DNA from: an uncultured Gammaproteobacteria bacterium
GTDB lineage: Bacteria; Patescibacteriota; Patescibacteriia; PEXW01
Direction of reading: 5' to 3'
Length of the DNA: 64,000 nt
Assembly (NCBI GenBank): GCA_964486505.1
Contig: CAZAMC010000003.1
Coordinates: 139,120 to 203,119 of the forward strand
This document shows positions 26,951 through 35,988 of this stretch, in pieces. Position 1 is the first letter of the stretch. Each line of letters begins with the position of its first letter. The notes under the pieces are model-generated. The model had not been told where the DNA came from. It worked only from the letters and a program-made list of their open reading frames with translations, and did not search any database. Made by a program: the position numbers and the translations under genes.

Positions 26951-28507
26951 ATGACACTTTCATCCGTGGACAACTCCCTCGCTATTTGGTTTTGGCTAGG
27001 ATTCTTACCCGTCGGCACGTTCGGCGGGATGCTCGTCGGGTACTTCGCCCGTAAAGTCTGGGCATCGAAACAAGTCGAAGGCGCTGAAGCGAAACTCCAG
27101 AAAGCTCTGGAGGAAGCGAAGAAGCAAGAACAAGAGCTGCTCTACAAAGCAAAAGAGCGGGCTTTGAAGGTGATTGATGAAGCGAAGCGTGAAGAGGCTG
27201 AGCGTCGGAAGGAGCTGCAGCACCTGCAGTCACGTTTGGAGCAGCGCGAAAGCCAGTTCGACGCAAAACTTCTGCAGATTGAGAAGAGCAAACAGCAGGT
27301 GCAGGAGAAGGAAAACCGCTTAGAGAACATTCGCAAAGAGCTGGAACAAGTGCGTGAGCAGCAGGTGGCAAAGTTGGAGAAGATTGCCGGCCTCTCTAAA
27401 GAGGAGGCGCGCCGGGTGCTCATGGATGCAACCGAGCGGGATATGAAAGACGAACTCATGGAACGCATCAAGAGGTTCCAAGAAGAGTCGGCTGAGGAAA
27501 TTGATAAGCAGGCCAAGAACCTCATTGGCCTTGCTATTCAACGCGTGGCTTCCCCACATACGGCCGAAACCACCACGACCATCGTCAACCTGCCGAATGA
27601 GGAAATGAAAGGGCGCATTATTGGAAAAGAAGGCCGGAACATTAAGACGCTGGAACTCATGACCGGCGTGGAAATTATCGTGGATGAAACCCCAGAATCT
27701 ATCGTCGTGTCGGGCTTCTCGCCCGTACGCCGCCAAGTGGCAAAGCGCACGCTGGAGCGCCTCATGGCCGACGGCCGCATCCACCCCGGACGCATCGAGG
27801 ACGCCGTGGACCAAGCGAAGAAAGAAATTCAACAGGACATGAAGAAGGCGGGCGAAGAGGCAGCCTACGAAGTGGGCGTCGCGGGCATGGATCCGAAGCT
27901 GCTGCTCTTACTTGGCCGCCTGAAGTACCGCACGAGCTACGGCCAGAACGTCTTGCGGCACTCGGTGGAGGTTGCCACCTTGGCTGGCCTCTTGGCCGAA
28001 GAGCTGGGCGCCAACGTGAGCGTGTGTAAGAAGGGTGGCCTTTTGCACGACATTGGCAAGGCGCTTGACCACGATATCCAAGGCACGCACCCGGAAATTG
28101 GCTACGACATTCTGCGCCGAAAGTTCAAGATGCCCGAAGAGGTTGCCTACCAGTGCATCTCCCACCACGAAGACAGCCCCAAAACCCTCGAGGGTGCCAT
28201 TGTGAAAGCCGCAGACGCCATCTCTGGCTCCCGCCCCGGCGCACGCAAGGACAGCATCGAGCAGTACATCCAGCGCTTAGAAGAACTGGAAAAACTGGCA
28301 GCGAGCTTCGAAGGCGTGGAGAAAGCCTACGCAATTCAAGCGGGCCGTGAGATCCGCGTGTTTGTCCGGCCGGAAAAGGTGGATGACTACGCCGCCGTGA
28401 AGCTGGCCCGCGAAGTGGCGAACAGTATCGAGAAGGAGCTGCAGTACCCGGGTGAAATTAAAGTTACGGTCATCCGCGAGAAACGAATTATTGAATACGC
28501 AAGGTAA
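26951..28507 (+). CDS. rny: Ribonuclease Y
   Basis: N-terminal TM, coiled-coil, KH domain (GRIIGKEGRNIKTLE) and HD domain (LLHDIGKALDHD...SHHED), near full-length similarity to B. subtilis Rny. Confidence 0.9.
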   Translation: MTLSSVDNSLAIWFWLGFLPVGTFGGMLVGYFARKVWASKQVEGAEAKLQKALEEAKKQEQELLYKAKERALKVIDEAKREEAERRKELQHLQSRLEQRESQFDAKLLQIEKSKQQVQEKENRLENIRKELEQVREQQVAKLEKIAGLSKEEARRVLMDATERDMKDELMERIKRFQEESAEEIDKQAKNLIGLAIQRVASPHTAETTTTIVNLPNEEMKGRIIGKEGRNIKTLELMTGVEIIVDETPESIVVSGFSPVRRQVAKRTLERLMADGRIHPGRIEDAVDQAKKEIQQDMKKAGEEAAYEVGVAGMDPKLLLLLGRLKYRTSYGQNVLRHSVEVATLAGLLAEELGANVSVCKKGGLLHDIGKALDHDIQGTHPEIGYDILRRKFKMPEEVAYQCISHHEDSPKTLEGAIVKAADAISGSRPGARKDSIEQYIQRLEELEKLAASFEGVEKAYAIQAGREIRVFVRPEKVDDYAAVKLAREVANSIEKELQYPGEIKVTVIREKRIIEYAR

Positions 28508-28642
28508 TGTCTGGAGGGGAACCTTGGACGGTTCCCCTTCCAGCGTCCCGCCGTCGCGGGACTGCCTCCCTTCCCTGGCTGTGTCGCGGCGTCAGTCGTC
28601 GGACAAGCCAAGCTTGAACCTCCTTCTTCCTTGCGACGTTCC

Positions 28643-29422
28643 ATGAAAATACTTTTCATTGGGGATATAGTGGGTAAACCTGGGCGCGCCATTGTGGCCC
28701 AGGTCTTACCGAATCTCAAGAAGGAACTCGCAATTGACGTTGTCATCGCCAACGTAGAAAACCTCGCACACGGCAAGGGTGTAACGCAGAAAACGTGGGA
28801 CGAGGTGCGCCGGGCGGGGGTGGATATTGGCACGGGCGGCAACCACACGGTGAGCAAAGATGATGCGCGATCGCTCTTGGCCGATCCTGCACAGCCACTT
28901 GTACGACCCGCGAACTACGCAGACCTACCCGGCACAGGTGACCGCACGATTACTGTGCAAGGAGCAGAGATTCGCGTGCTCAACCTCGTGGGCCAATCCT
29001 TCATGGATGAATCGGTAGCATCACCCTTTACCACCGCCGATACACTCCTCACCGAAAAAGGCGCGCCCGTAACTATCCTGGACATGCACGCCGAAGCGAC
29101 CAGCGAGAAAGTGGCTATGGGCTGGCACGTTGATGGCCGCGTGAGCGCTGTGGTTGGCACGCACACCCACGTACCAACCGCCGACAGCCGCATCCTGCCC
29201 CACGGCACGGCCTACGTGACGGATGCCGGCATGTGTGGCCTGCGCGACAGCATCATCGGCGTGGACCGGGAGGCCATTATGCCGCGCTTCCTGGGCGGGG
29301 AAAAGCGCCGACATGACATTGCTGAGCACGGCCCTGCGGTTTTCAACGCCGTCCTCATCGAAGTGGATGCACATGGCCATGCCACGAGCATCGTTCGGGT
29401 AGACCGGGAAGATGCGGTATAA
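28643..29422 (+). CDS. ymdB: YmdB-like metallophosphoesterase (TIGR00282 family)
   Basis: MKILFIGDIVGKPGR...NVENLAHGKG...GNHT...GTHTHVPTAD. The conserved rny-ymdB gene order supports the call. The TTG at 28631 is the alternative track start. Confidence 0.85.
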   Translation: MKILFIGDIVGKPGRAIVAQVLPNLKKELAIDVVIANVENLAHGKGVTQKTWDEVRRAGVDIGTGGNHTVSKDDARSLLADPAQPLVRPANYADLPGTGDRTITVQGAEIRVLNLVGQSFMDESVASPFTTADTLLTEKGAPVTILDMHAEATSEKVAMGWHVDGRVSAVVGTHTHVPTADSRILPHGTAYVTDAGMCGLRDSIIGVDREAIMPRFLGGEKRRHDIAEHGPAVFNAVLIEVDAHGHATSIVRVDREDAV

Positions 29423-29464
29423 TGGGAAGTGCGCATTCGCACTGACCGAAAGGGGGTGGCACTC

Positions 29465-29743
29465 ATGAATAAAGCTGAACTCATCGATAAGCTCGCGGAA
29501 AAGGCCGGCTTGAATAAGAAGCAGGTAGAAGACCTGCTCCAGGGTTTTGAGGATACCGTTACCGAGACCATCAAAGCCGGCGGTGAAGTGACGCTCACGG
29601 GCTTCGGCACGTTCCTGGCAAAGGAACGCTCGGCCCGCACGGGTGTGAATCCCCAGAATCCCACAGAGAAAATCCAGATCGCCGCGGTCCGCGTGCCGAA
29701 GTTCAAGGCCGGCAAGTCCCTCAAGGACGCGCTGAAGAAGTAA
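29465..29743 (+). CDS. hup: HU family DNA-binding protein
   Basis: MNKAELIDKLAEKAGLNKKQVEDLL...TLTGFGTF...R.ARTGVNPQN...I...VPKFKAGK; RBS AAAGGGGG upstream. Confidence 0.85.
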   Translation: MNKAELIDKLAEKAGLNKKQVEDLLQGFEDTVTETIKAGGEVTLTGFGTFLAKERSARTGVNPQNPTEKIQIAAVRVPKFKAGKSLKDALKK

Positions 29744-29761
29744 ACGAATACTCCAAGCACA

Positions 29762-29787
29762 AGCCCCGACCTATTCGGGGCTTGTTT
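29762..29787 (+). terminator. Rho-independent terminator after hup
   Basis: AGCCCCG / CGGGGCT hairpin followed by TGTTT. Confidence 0.5.
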
Positions 29788-29853
29788 GACATTACCGAGT
29801 GGTGTGGTAAGTTCCGGTGAAATAGCAAATGCCCTTTACCAGAAGGAGTCTGC

Positions 29854-30159
29854 ATGCAAACCTTGATGCAGTACCTGTACCAGAAGTGTGAGTGGCTCGT
29901 GAAGGCGAGGTGGTTTCAATTCCTCATGACCTTCATTATCCTCCTCAACCCAATTGCGATTTTCCCGCAAGTGGTTGTGGTATTTACCGCCCCCAGTGTA
30001 GCCGGAGTGTCAGTCCAAGCCTTTGGGATCTTCGCCGCCATCCAACTCGCCTTCCTCTTTGAAGGTATTCGAACTAAGAATGCCGGCGTGTTTCTGGCTA
30101 TGGTGGTAAGTCTCATGGAGTCAATCACCATTATTACGGTTGTACTTATGCGAAGTTAA
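29854..30159 (+). CDS. SemiSWEET-like PQ-loop (MtN3/saliva) three-TM transporter
   Basis: 101 aa with 3 TM helices; TM1 carries the PQ motif (NPIAIFPQVVVVF), as in bacterial SemiSWEETs. Confidence 0.5.
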   Translation: MQTLMQYLYQKCEWLVKARWFQFLMTFIILLNPIAIFPQVVVVFTAPSVAGVSVQAFGIFAAIQLAFLFEGIRTKNAGVFLAMVVSLMESITIITVVLMRS

Positions 30160-30317
30160 CCACATGGCAATGAAACAGTAAGCCCTCAGGATCATCTGGG
30201 GGTTTTCCATATCCACCCTTGCCTAATCTGTTGCTGCTCTATACAATGCTCACGCATGGGAGCACCACGGAAGAATAGATGCGGATTTGGAAAAATTGAA
30301 TAAACCAGAATTCTTGT

Positions 30318-30393
30318 GGGAGCATAGCTCAGCTGGTAGAGCAGACGCCTCTTAAGCGTACGGTCGGGGGTTCGAACCCCTCTGCTCCCACCA
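30318..30393 (+). tRNA. tRNA-Lys (anticodon CTT)
   Basis: GGGAGCATAGCTCAGCTGGTAGAGCAGACGCCTCTTAAGCGTACGGTCGGGGGTTCGAACCCCTCTGCTCCCACCA: cloverleaf, U33-CTT-A37, encoded CCA. Confidence 0.9.
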
Positions 30394-30545
30394 CCTCATT
30401 TCGCGGTTACAGTTCCGCGTGACGCGCTTTCGCGCATCCCGCTGCACCGTTCCCGCGAAGCCTCGGTCTACCTCGCAAACCCGTGCTCGTCCCGCGAGCG
30501 GGTCTGCGCTTCGTGTTTGCGAGGGCCCCAGAGAAATCTTGAAGT
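30394..30545 (+). repeat. tRNA-linked structured spacer repeat, copy 1
   Basis: ...tttcgcgg...cgaagcctcg...CTCGCAAACccgtgctcg...GTTTGCGAGggcccca; shares blocks with copy 2 and its long hairpin shows compensatory changes between copies. Confidence 0.45.
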
Positions 30546-30576
30546 ACAGTAAGGGGCGTGGTAGGTTTGTTTGTAC

Positions 30577-30652
30577 GCGCCCGTAGCTCAATGGATAGAG
30601 TACATGGCTTCGGACCATGGGGTTGGGGGTTCGAGTCCCTCCGGGCGCACCA
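30577..30652 (+). tRNA. tRNA-Arg (anticodon TCG)
   Basis: GCGCCCGTAGCTCAATGGATAGAGTACATGGCTTCGGACCATGGGGTTGGGGGTTCGAGTCCCTCCGGGCGCACCA: cloverleaf, anticodon TCG. Confidence 0.9.
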
Positions 30653-30800
30653 GCTCGTTTCGTGCTTCACCCTCCGTGACCGCACGGTTGTTTGGTCACT
30701 GCGGGTTTTGCACGAAGCCTCGCTGAACCCCGCAAACCCGTGCTCGCCTTCGGCTCCGCTCCTGCTTTGCGGGGACCCCAATGCTACTTAAGGCACACAT
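30653..30800 (+). repeat. tRNA-linked structured spacer repeat, copy 2
   Basis: ...tttcgtgc...cgaagcctcg...CCCGCAAAcccgtgctcg...TTTGCGGGgacccca. Confidence 0.45.
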
Positions 30801-30850
30801 CCCTCCGGGTGCATTAGCTCGATGAACGAGCATGCGTTTTTACTAGTATT

Positions 30851-30887
30851 TGTAAAAAATAAAACCACCGCCCTGGTTGGGCGGCGG
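30851..30887 (-). terminator. Rho-independent terminator for pilT
   Basis: CCGCCC / GGGCGG hairpin followed on the minus strand by TGGTTTTATTTTTT. Confidence 0.5.
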
Positions 30888-30908
30888 CTGATTGGCGATC
30901 CCGAATAC

Positions 30909-31955
30909 TTAGCCTTTCAAGCTCTCTGGGTTCATCATGTACGCCTTCGCAATGTCTTCAGTTATTTCATTCGCTTCAAAGAGCCGTGTGAGGTCCTGGT
31001 CCATAGTCACCATACCGTCCGACGCCGACGTCTGGAGCACTGTCTTGATTTGCGCAATTTTGTTCTCCCGGATCAGGTTGGAAATTGCTGGTGTATTGAT
31101 GAGAATTTCCCGAGAAGAAATTCGCCCCCCATTCACCCGCGGCAGGAGCTGCTGCGAGATAATGCTTTTCAAGAACAGAGAAAGCTGAATGCGCACCTGG
31201 TCTTGCTGGTAGGGCGGGAAGACGTCGATGATGCGATCAACCGTCTGGGCGGCATTGAACGTGTGCAGGGTGGCGAGCACCAAGTGGCCCGTTTCAGCTA
31301 AGGTGATGGTTGCGGCAATGGTTTCGAGGTCGCGCATTTCCCCAACCATAATCACGTTTGGATCTTGACGGAGCACATGCTTCAAAGCATCCTGGAATGT
31401 CACCATGTCTGTGCCGAGCTGACGTTGCTTGATAATGGACTTCTTTGATTCGTAGAGGAACTCAATGGGATCCTCGAGCGTAATGATGTGCGCCGACCGC
31501 TCGTTGTTAATGAAGTTAATCATGGCGGCGAGCGTGGTTGACTTGCCACACCCCGTTGGCCCGGTAACGAGGATCAAACCCTGCTTCTGCCGCAACATCT
31601 CGTACACCACCTCGGGGAGCATCAAGTCCTCCATCGTGGGGATCTGCTGGGAAATGATACGAGAGACCAGACCAGCGTTATTCCGCTCCCAGTGGCAGTT
31701 CACACGGAAGCGAAAACCACCAGGAATCTCGTACGACATGTCGAGCTCCCGATCGGTGATGAACAGCTGCTTCTGCTTGTCGTTGAGAATGGAGAAGACA
31801 AGTGCCTGCGTATCTTTCGGCGAAAACGGAGGGATGCCTTCCACTTCATTCAGCTCCCCATCAATGCGCAGGATGGGCGGCTTGTTCGCCACGATGTGAA
31901 CGTCCGATGCGCGGCGGTCTACGGCAATCTTGAAAAGGTCGTCAATTTTTATCAT
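30909..31955 (-). CDS. pilT: Type IV pilus retraction ATPase PilT
   Basis: Near full-length similarity to PilT: ASDVHIV...LILVTGPTGCGKSTTLAAMI...ITLEDPIEF...DPNVIMVGEMRDLETI...AETGHLVLATLHT. RBS AGGAGG 7 nt upstream of the ATG at 31955. Confidence 0.9.
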   Translation of the reverse strand: MIKIDDLFKIAVDRRASDVHIVANKPPILRIDGELNEVEGIPPFSPKDTQALVFSILNDKQKQLFITDRELDMSYEIPGGFRFRVNCHWERNNAGLVSRIISQQIPTMEDLMLPEVVYEMLRQKQGLILVTGPTGCGKSTTLAAMINFINNERSAHIITLEDPIEFLYESKKSIIKQRQLGTDMVTFQDALKHVLRQDPNVIMVGEMRDLETIAATITLAETGHLVLATLHTFNAAQTVDRIIDVFPPYQQDQVRIQLSLFLKSIISQQLLPRVNGGRISSREILINTPAISNLIRENKIAQIKTVLQTSASDGMVTMDQDLTRLFEANEITEDIAKAYMMNPESLKG

Positions 31956-32271
31956 ACGCGCAACCTCCTGGGTAAGGCCTACCAACGACGCTTCGGGCGC
32001 CGGGTGAGCAATGACGAAATACCGCGGACAATCCGTCGTCCGAGGCTGGGTGAAGACTTAGCGTAGTACATAGTCTGGCCAAGCATGAGCAAGCTGATTT
32101 GCCCTTGCGGGAATACACTTGGTGCGAGGCGTTTCATAGTGTGGTTTTTCTTTTAGGTTACGAATACAGTGTAGCACTTTTTTCTCATCTCGTCAACGTA
32201 CGCTTGCGAACCTCGGATAAACACGTTAGGGTGCAAAAAACGAAAAACTGCAACTTCGAAAGGTGGTGCAC

Positions 32272-32910
32272 ATGCCTGCGCCTTCAGCTCCAACTCGTTT
32301 GCACCAATTAGCAGCGTCAATCCTGTCGCCGGTGGTTCAGGCTCTCAATGCCGCCCACGTCGAGCCAAATGTGCTAACAGGACTGAGCGTTGGGTTTGCG
32401 ATGCTGGCCGCCTGGGCAATTGCGACGCACGCCTGGTGGTTGGCAATTCTCGCCCTCTTGAGCAATGGCCTCTGCGACATGCTCGATGGTGAGCTCGCGC
32501 GCCGGCAACCCCACCGTGCCGCCTGGCTCGTCCAGCTGGGCGCGTTCCTCGACCCTGCCGTTGATCGCATTGCCGATTCAATCCTCTTCCTCGGCATCAT
32601 TGCCTACCTCGTGCCCTGGGCACCCGAACGGTTCATCCTCATTGTGGTGGGCGCCTGTGCCGCAAACCTCATCTCCAGTTGGTTCCGGGCCAAGATTGAA
32701 TCGCTCAACCGCACGTTCACGGATCGCCGGCCGCTCACCCGCGCGACGTTCCACGTCCAAGTGCTCGCGGCCTGTCTGGGGGAACGGTATATTCCGGGCG
32801 CGTTCATGTGGGTTATGGCCTTCACCTGCGCCTCAACGTACTGGACCTTTGCCAGCCGCTTCCGGCACGCCATTGCCCTGTTCCACAAGCACACCCCGCC
32901 CTTTCCGTAG
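32272..32910 (+). CDS. CDP-alcohol phosphatidyltransferase family protein
   Basis: DMLDGELARR...GAFLDPAVDRIAD motif in a multi-TM protein; RBS AAAGGTGG 5 nt upstream of the ATG at 32272 (the track start at 32263 is a GTG inside the RBS). Confidence 0.7.
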   Translation: MPAPSAPTRLHQLAASILSPVVQALNAAHVEPNVLTGLSVGFAMLAAWAIATHAWWLAILALLSNGLCDMLDGELARRQPHRAAWLVQLGAFLDPAVDRIADSILFLGIIAYLVPWAPERFILIVVGACAANLISSWFRAKIESLNRTFTDRRPLTRATFHVQVLAACLGERYIPGAFMWVMAFTCASTYWTFASRFRHAIALFHKHTPPFP

Positions 32911-32953
32911 ACGCCCCACCTCACAGTGCTGGGCGTCTTGCTATACTAGGACT

Positions 32954-33208
32954 ATGGCAAAACTCCAACGCAAAGTTACGCTGCAGATCATTACGCTGCT
33001 CACCGGTGCGCTTGGCATGGTGGCGGCGCTCGCCTGGAATGAAGCGGTGAAAGCCCTGTTTGAAAAAATCTTCGGCGACGCCAGCAGCCTGGTCGCGAAG
33101 TTTACGTACGCGGTGGTGATTACCGCTATCGTCGTGTGGGTCACCACCCACTTGGCGAAGCTGCAGGATCAGTCGGACGAGGAGAAGAACCAGGACCGCA
33201 AGCCCTGA
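32954..33208 (+). CDS. Small two-TM membrane protein (84 aa), leaderless transcript
   Basis: Extended -10 TGcTATACT (32939-32947) then 6 nt then ATG; only the last 85 codons of the long track ORF 32465..33208 are protein-like. Confidence 0.5.
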   Translation: MAKLQRKVTLQIITLLTGALGMVAALAWNEAVKALFEKIFGDASSLVAKFTYAVVITAIVVWVTTHLAKLQDQSDEEKNQDRKP

Positions 33209-33630
33209 CGCGCTTCGGCCGCTGTCCACACCAAGACTGCCACCGCGAGGATCACAGCCTGCGAGGCGAGGCAGACAATGCAGTAGGCCTGCAGGTCAAA
33301 AGCCTCTACGCCCGTGAGGAAGAGCGCAAACCCGAGGGCGCCGGCACTTGCCAGGGCCATTGCACCCCACGTAAGGGCGCGGAGTTTTTGCGTGATCATC
33401 AACCACACACTCCCCAGAGCAAGCAGCGCATAGCCAACTATGCCGATGAGCGCCACCGGCACGCCGGCAATCTGGCTGGCCCAGCTCTTGTTCACCACGT
33501 CGCAGTTGAAGGTGTCGTTGATATTGCAGAACGTGGATGGGCCCACGGTGTAGTGCAATTTCAACGCATAGGCCGACACGGCAATGCCAACAAGTGACAG
33601 GATGAGGATGGCGATGAGTTTGCGGCGCAT
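33169..33630 (-). CDS. Vitamin K epoxide reductase (VKOR) family protein
   Basis: Four TM helices, a loop Cys pair (CNINDTFNC) and CIVC in the last TM, matching VKOR. Start chosen at MRRKLIAILIL. Confidence 0.6.
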   Translation of the reverse strand: MRRKLIAILILSLVGIAVSAYALKLHYTVGPSTFCNINDTFNCDVVNKSWASQIAGVPVALIGIVGYALLALGSVWLMITQKLRALTWGAMALASAGALGFALFLTGVEAFDLQAYCIVCLASQAVILAVAVLVWTAAEARQGLRSWFFSSSD

Positions 33631-33719
33631 GGTCTGTAGGCTACCAGGTTGACGCGCCCTCGTCGAGGCGGTACCGTAGGCGCACAAACCCATAAATGCC
33701 CTTTGAGAAAGGAGGCTCC

Positions 33720-34922
33720 ATGTACGGAGTCCGCATTGCTGGATTGGGCACGGCCGTGCCTAACTGGCGCATTACAAACGCAATGATCGCGCAGCTCCTC
33801 CAGGATGAACGCGAACGCCTGCGGGTGTTGAAGGTTAAGGTTCCAGCCGATCAAGAAAAAGAGTTCGAGACGAATGATGAGTGGATCCAGTCGCGAACGG
33901 GCATTCGCCAACGCTACTTTTGCCCGCGGGATAACTCCGTGGCGACCAGTGACCTTGCCGTCGAAGCCGCTGGCAATGCCTGGACCGATGCTTACGGCGA
34001 AGCGCTGGATACCTTCCCCGAATTCATCATCATTGCCACGGTGAGTCCGGACCACTTCACCACCCCGCCGACCTCGGTCATAGTGCACCGGAAGTTGGGC
34101 GTGCCGAAAACCCAGGGTGGGCACGTGTGGCCCTGTGTCCTGGCTGACATCACGCTTGCGTGCACGAGCTTCATGGTGGCCTTGCAATACGGCTGCATGC
34201 TCATCGAAACCGGGCGGTGCCAGCGGGGCTTGGTCATTGGCGCGGACCGCATGAGTACCACGATGAGCTGGCAGCGGCGATCCCCCTTCGTCATCCTCGG
34301 TGACGGTGCAGGCGCGCTCGTCCTTGAGCGCACAACTGCGGAGGGATCCTTCATCCAGCCTAACCACTGGATTGTGGCCGGTGATGGTGGCAAGGACGGA
34401 GAAATGGAAAACCTCATTAAGAACTGGGCGGGCGGCTCAGCCCAACCGCTGCAGCCGGAGCACCTTCGTCCGCTCGTCGAAGCGCACCTCATGGCTATGG
34501 ACGGCAACCCCGTCTTCCAGACTGTGGGTCCGCTGGTTACGAAGACGGTCATCCCGGCAATTCTCGAACGCATTGAGCTCACGCTGGAAGACATCGACGT
34601 GCTCGTCCTCCACCAAGCCAACCAGCGGATTACCGACTTCGTGGCGAAGGGCTTACAGAAGTCCAATCCGAAAACGGACATCCGCATCGCCACGCTGGAC
34701 AATCCCGACGGCACATCGGTAGCCCCGAAACCGAACGGCGGGCACATCGTCCGGATATTCTGCAACATCGAACGGTACGGGAACATGACCTCCGCCAGTG
34801 TCCCGACCGCCCTCGCCGAAGCACGGGATGCTGGCGTTATTCAGCCGGGATCGAAAGTGATAATTTCGGCTTTCGGCGGCGGCTTGAGCTGGGCCGCAGC
34901 ATTCGCTACCTGGAGGGAGTAA
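33720..34922 (+). CDS. 3-oxoacyl-ACP synthase III (FabH-like KAS III) with N-terminal insertion
   Basis: RBS AAAGGAGG; EWIQSRTGIRQRY, the active-site Cys in LACTSF, HQANQRI, GNMTSASVP and FGGGLSW; a ~25-aa insertion after the first beta-strand relative to canonical FabH. Confidence 0.8.
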   Translation: MYGVRIAGLGTAVPNWRITNAMIAQLLQDERERLRVLKVKVPADQEKEFETNDEWIQSRTGIRQRYFCPRDNSVATSDLAVEAAGNAWTDAYGEALDTFPEFIIIATVSPDHFTTPPTSVIVHRKLGVPKTQGGHVWPCVLADITLACTSFMVALQYGCMLIETGRCQRGLVIGADRMSTTMSWQRRSPFVILGDGAGALVLERTTAEGSFIQPNHWIVAGDGGKDGEMENLIKNWAGGSAQPLQPEHLRPLVEAHLMAMDGNPVFQTVGPLVTKTVIPAILERIELTLEDIDVLVLHQANQRITDFVAKGLQKSNPKTDIRIATLDNPDGTSVAPKPNGGHIVRIFCNIERYGNMTSASVPTALAEARDAGVIQPGSKVIISAFGGGLSWAAAFATWRE

Positions 34923-35061
34923 GCACTTTGTATGAAACGCACCGTACGCCACCGGTGTGTTTTTCAATACGGCGGAAACAAAACCTGCATTGACAATGGG
35001 GACGGTTGTTGGTAATACACCTTCACCAAGAAATCAAAAACCCTTTGACAAGGAGGAATGC

Positions 35062-35979
35062 TTGAACGGTTTCAAAGCGGTGCTCAAGAGAGCCCAGGAG
35101 ATTGAGGCGGCGCGCTACGTACCAGTTCCAACGCAGACGTCGGTGGTGCTCCCCATCGTGGGCGCAGTCCGCATCACCGAAGAAAAGCTCGGTGGCGACG
35201 CGCGCTGGAGGGCGACAAATCCAGAGCAGGAAATATTCCTGCGGGACTACTACGGGTCAACGATTTCGCTGCTGGCAAGGGTGCCGGAGCTCGTATCGAG
35301 TGCCGAGGTACTCAAGGCTGCTGACCGGTATGAAGTGCGGGCGAAGAGCGTGCTGGATGTCACCGTCGAGTGGCCCGAGCTGGGTGATCAGACGGACATT
35401 GAGCACGCAATTACCAAGCAGCGCTTCGCGGGTGTTCGCATGAAGAGTGCGTACGTGACCTTCTTCCGCACTGCGGACCACCCGTACCCCGTAGCCTGTG
35501 TGAAGACGAAAACTGGTGACACTGTGTATATGGCTATGTGCCCAGAAGCACGGGGCCTGAAAGATCGGGAACTCGACCGGCTCATTGCCAAGTGCTTCTC
35601 CAGTGCCCAGCTTCGCCCCACATTTCGTGAATTCGGTGGCCTGCGCTTCCCCATGGTCAAGCACGAGCGCCTAGAGAACATCACCTGGCTCGTGGGCATG
35701 CGCGGCCAGGATGCCGAAGAGTGGCCCGCGGAAATCGTGGAGGCAACGCAGGAGACGAAGCTCCGTATGAACTGCAAAGGAGCACGCGTGCGCTCCGAGG
35801 TGCGACTCCGCACAGTGGTGTTACTCAGCGCCGGTCCCATGGACATGCCCCCGCCTGACCACACCATCGACCTCCCGTTCCTCATCTGGTTCACCCGACC
35901 GTCGCTCCCGGTCCCGTACGCCATTGCGCTCATTGGCGAAGCTGACTGGCGCGACCCCGGTGACCTCGAAAACATCTAG
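35062..35979 (+). CDS. Hypothetical protein (~305 aa)
   Basis: Frame is open from 34957; the preferred start is TTG at 35062 (AAGGAGG then 5 nt) downstream of a TTGACA-17-TAATAC promoter at 34990-35018. Alternative ATG starts are at 34957 and 34996. No recognised family. Confidence 0.5.
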   Translation: MNGFKAVLKRAQEIEAARYVPVPTQTSVVLPIVGAVRITEEKLGGDARWRATNPEQEIFLRDYYGSTISLLARVPELVSSAEVLKAADRYEVRAKSVLDVTVEWPELGDQTDIEHAITKQRFAGVRMKSAYVTFFRTADHPYPVACVKTKTGDTVYMAMCPEARGLKDRELDRLIAKCFSSAQLRPTFREFGGLRFPMVKHERLENITWLVGMRGQDAEEWPAEIVEATQETKLRMNCKGARVRSEVRLRTVVLLSAGPMDMPPPDHTIDLPFLIWFTRPSLPVPYAIALIGEADWRDPGDLENI

Positions 35980-35988
35980 CTCACTTGC

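Noticed and set aside
30352-30791. Several short ORFs on both strands
   Set aside because: They overlap tRNA-Lys, tRNA-Arg and the structured spacer repeats.
32465-33208. 247-aa plus-strand ORF
   Set aside because: Only the last 85 codons (from the ATG at 32954, preceded by an extended -10) are protein-like. The first 160 codons are P/S/R-rich and overlap the CDP-alcohol phosphatidyltransferase gene in another frame.
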